A stretch of DNA of 54,267 nt, taken from positions 1 to 54,267 of the IMG/VR virus record IMGVR_UViG_3300038530_001000. One strand, 5' to 3'. The DNA comes from a virus (Duplodnaviria; Caudoviricetes). This document shows, piece by piece, positions 53,067 to 54,267 of the stretch (positions are counted from its first letter, which is position 1; each line of letters starts with the position of its first letter). A program made the translations under genes and the position numbers. Below the pieces are notes generated by a model that saw nothing but the letters and a program-made list of their open reading frames with translations, had not been told where the DNA came from and did not search any database.

Positions 53067-53449
53067 TACTTCTCCCGTGCTACGGAGTTGACCTTCTCGT
53101 AAGAACGCATAGCGCCCAATCCGAGCATACCCATCATAACGGGCACTAGGAGCGTAGTATCCACCTCTGGCACATCTACCCAAATGCCTAATATGTTTAC
53201 AATGATGGTGTTGTAAAGCAGACCAAACGCAGAGATCCATCCAATGCAGGGACGCCACCCAGCCACAAATAACGACTTATGTGCAGCTTCCATCTTGTTG
53301 ATTTCTAGCTGGCCTTTTAATGCTTCCTGCGCGTGACGCTCCGACATGGTTGCGATTTCATGGGCCAAAGCATTCTTCTGATCTTTGTCTTCAATGAACT
53401 TATCGAGTAAACCTGTGACTGGGCCGATTAGCTGTCCGACTAAACTCAT
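53066..53449 (-). CDS. Holin (GTA holin-3TM-like family)
   Basis: EINK.EA.H.SLFVAGWRP.IGW...MLGLGAMRSYEK; adjacent to lysozyme. Confidence 0.85.
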   Translation of the reverse strand: MSLVGQLIGPVTGLLDKFIEDKDQKNALAHEIATMSERHAQEALKGQLEINKMEAAHKSLFVAGWRPCIGWISAFGLLYNTIIVNILGIWVDVPEVDTTLLVPVMMGMLGLGAMRSYEKVNSVAREK

Positions 53450-53790
53450 CTACCATTACCTCTGTTTGACCATGCCTGCGCTCCAAAAAACGCTGCCAAT
53501 ATACCTGCGACCGACACAAAGTAGACTGAGGCCATATCACCGAGAATACTTGCTGCCTGTACTAGACCAGCCCAACTGCTTACGACTACTAAGGACGGAT
53601 ACAAGAGCATTCCCCACAAAGCAAACCAACTCATGCTGCGTTGAGCCTGTGCTCTTTCATTGCTGATTTTTAGCTCTTGTAGCTCTTTGCTAGTCTCTAG
53701 CTCATCATCAGTGACAACGCCGTCACCATCGGTGTCGTACTGATCATAGTCTGATCCAGGTTCTAATTTCTTCGCTGCCATCTCAGTCAT
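53446..53790 (-). CDS. Membrane protein with an EF-hand-like loop and two TM helices
   Basis: DTDGDGVVTDDE; two hydrophobic segments; in lysis cassette. Confidence 0.7.
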   Translation of the reverse strand: MTEMAAKKLEPGSDYDQYDTDGDGVVTDDELETSKELQELKISNERAQAQRSMSWFALWGMLLYPSLVVVSSWAGLVQAASILGDMASVYFVSVAGILAAFFGAQAWSNRGNGR

Positions 53791-53998
53791 AAAATTGTGT
53801 GTTTTGCGGCACCTTAACAGGGATGCAGTATGCTGTAATATTCTCTTGGTTGTTCAGACGCCTGCCCTCTATGGGCTTGATAGACCCTTGTTCGAGCCAA
53901 AAAGCAAACTGATTGCACCTGTGAATGTTGCGGAAGTGAAATCTACCTGCGACTTGCTCGCCCTCAACTACCATGACAAGCAGAAACGCCATAATCAT
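53783..53998 (-). CDS. Small protein with hydrophobic N-terminus and two Cys
   Basis: MIMAFLLVMVV...C....AYCIP; ATGA overlap. Confidence 0.6.
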   Translation of the reverse strand: MIMAFLLVMVVEGEQVAGRFHFRNIHRCNQFAFWLEQGSIKPIEGRRLNNQENITAYCIPVKVPQNTQFYD

Positions 53999-54267
53999 CC
54001 GAAGGCTTTTAGAATCAAGACAAAGATTAGGACTGCAATGCCGCCTCCGATGATAAGAGTCGTGCCGCCAACAAGCAGTTGTTGAATGAGGATTTGCTTT
54101 TCGCGTTTACGTTTTGCCATTAGCCTCGCGTGTGCCCTCCTGTCTTGTTCCTGCTGCCTAATTGCTTGGTCGTAGTCCTCTAGCAGTTTGGGGTCTGCAA
54201 CCAGGAGCAAATCCCTCAGATCTTTTTGATATCTTTCCTGGTTCCTACGAAGCATTTGTAGCTTGAG
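53995..54267 (-). CDS. 3' part of the junction-spanning coiled-coil/TM protein (starts at 329)
   Basis: Same frame across the terminal overlap. Confidence 0.8.
   Translation of the reverse strand, partial: LKLQMLRRNQERYQKDLRDLLLVADPKLLEDYDQAIRQQEQDRRAHARLMAKRKREKQILIQQLLVGGTTLIIGGGIAVLIFVLILKAFG
54131..54267. repeat. Terminal direct repeat / circular assembly overlap (copy 2)
   Basis: Matches 1-137. Confidence 0.97.

Noticed and set aside
53067-53258. 64-aa N-terminal extension of the lysozyme
   Set aside because: Alternate-frame overlap with the holin; ATG at 53066 is coupled to the holin stop and has an RBS.
1-54267. Prophage, integration module or alternative genetic code
   Set aside because: No integrase, att-like context or host genes; long genes read intact in the standard code and use all three stop codons.

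Overview
Apparently complete ~54.13 kb tailed dsDNA phage genome (Caudoviricetes), assembled as a circle: bases 1-137 repeat at 54131-54267 with one mismatch. The gene set is podovirus-like and resembles uncultured marine phages. Layout: (i) a minus-strand virion/lysis region (37257-54267 continuing through 1-20267) with TerS, TerL, portal, a GroES-like co-chaperonin, scaffold, major capsid protein, several very basic small proteins, adaptors, a repeat-rich tail fibre, a 2OG-Fe(II) oxygenase, holin, lysozyme, tail nozzle and large ejection proteins; (ii) a plus-strand early/accessory region (20920-31048) with ArdC and about 30 small ORFs; (iii) a replication/recombination module (primase-helicase, RusA, Cas4-like nuclease, ERF, SSB). 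I recognised no DNA polymerase, RNA polymerase, integrase, tRNA or CRISPR array. The most striking signals are at the RNA level: a canonical type II hammerhead ribozyme in the early operon (21316-21376); a candidate -1 ribosomal frameshift at the SSB DDIPF-stop that would fuse SSB to a putative winged-helix domain (36782-36837); a ~350 nt structured early leader with internal repeats; a double-pseudoknot element; and a candidate sRNA with anti-Shine-Dalgarno loops. All calls come from reading motifs by eye; no searches were run.
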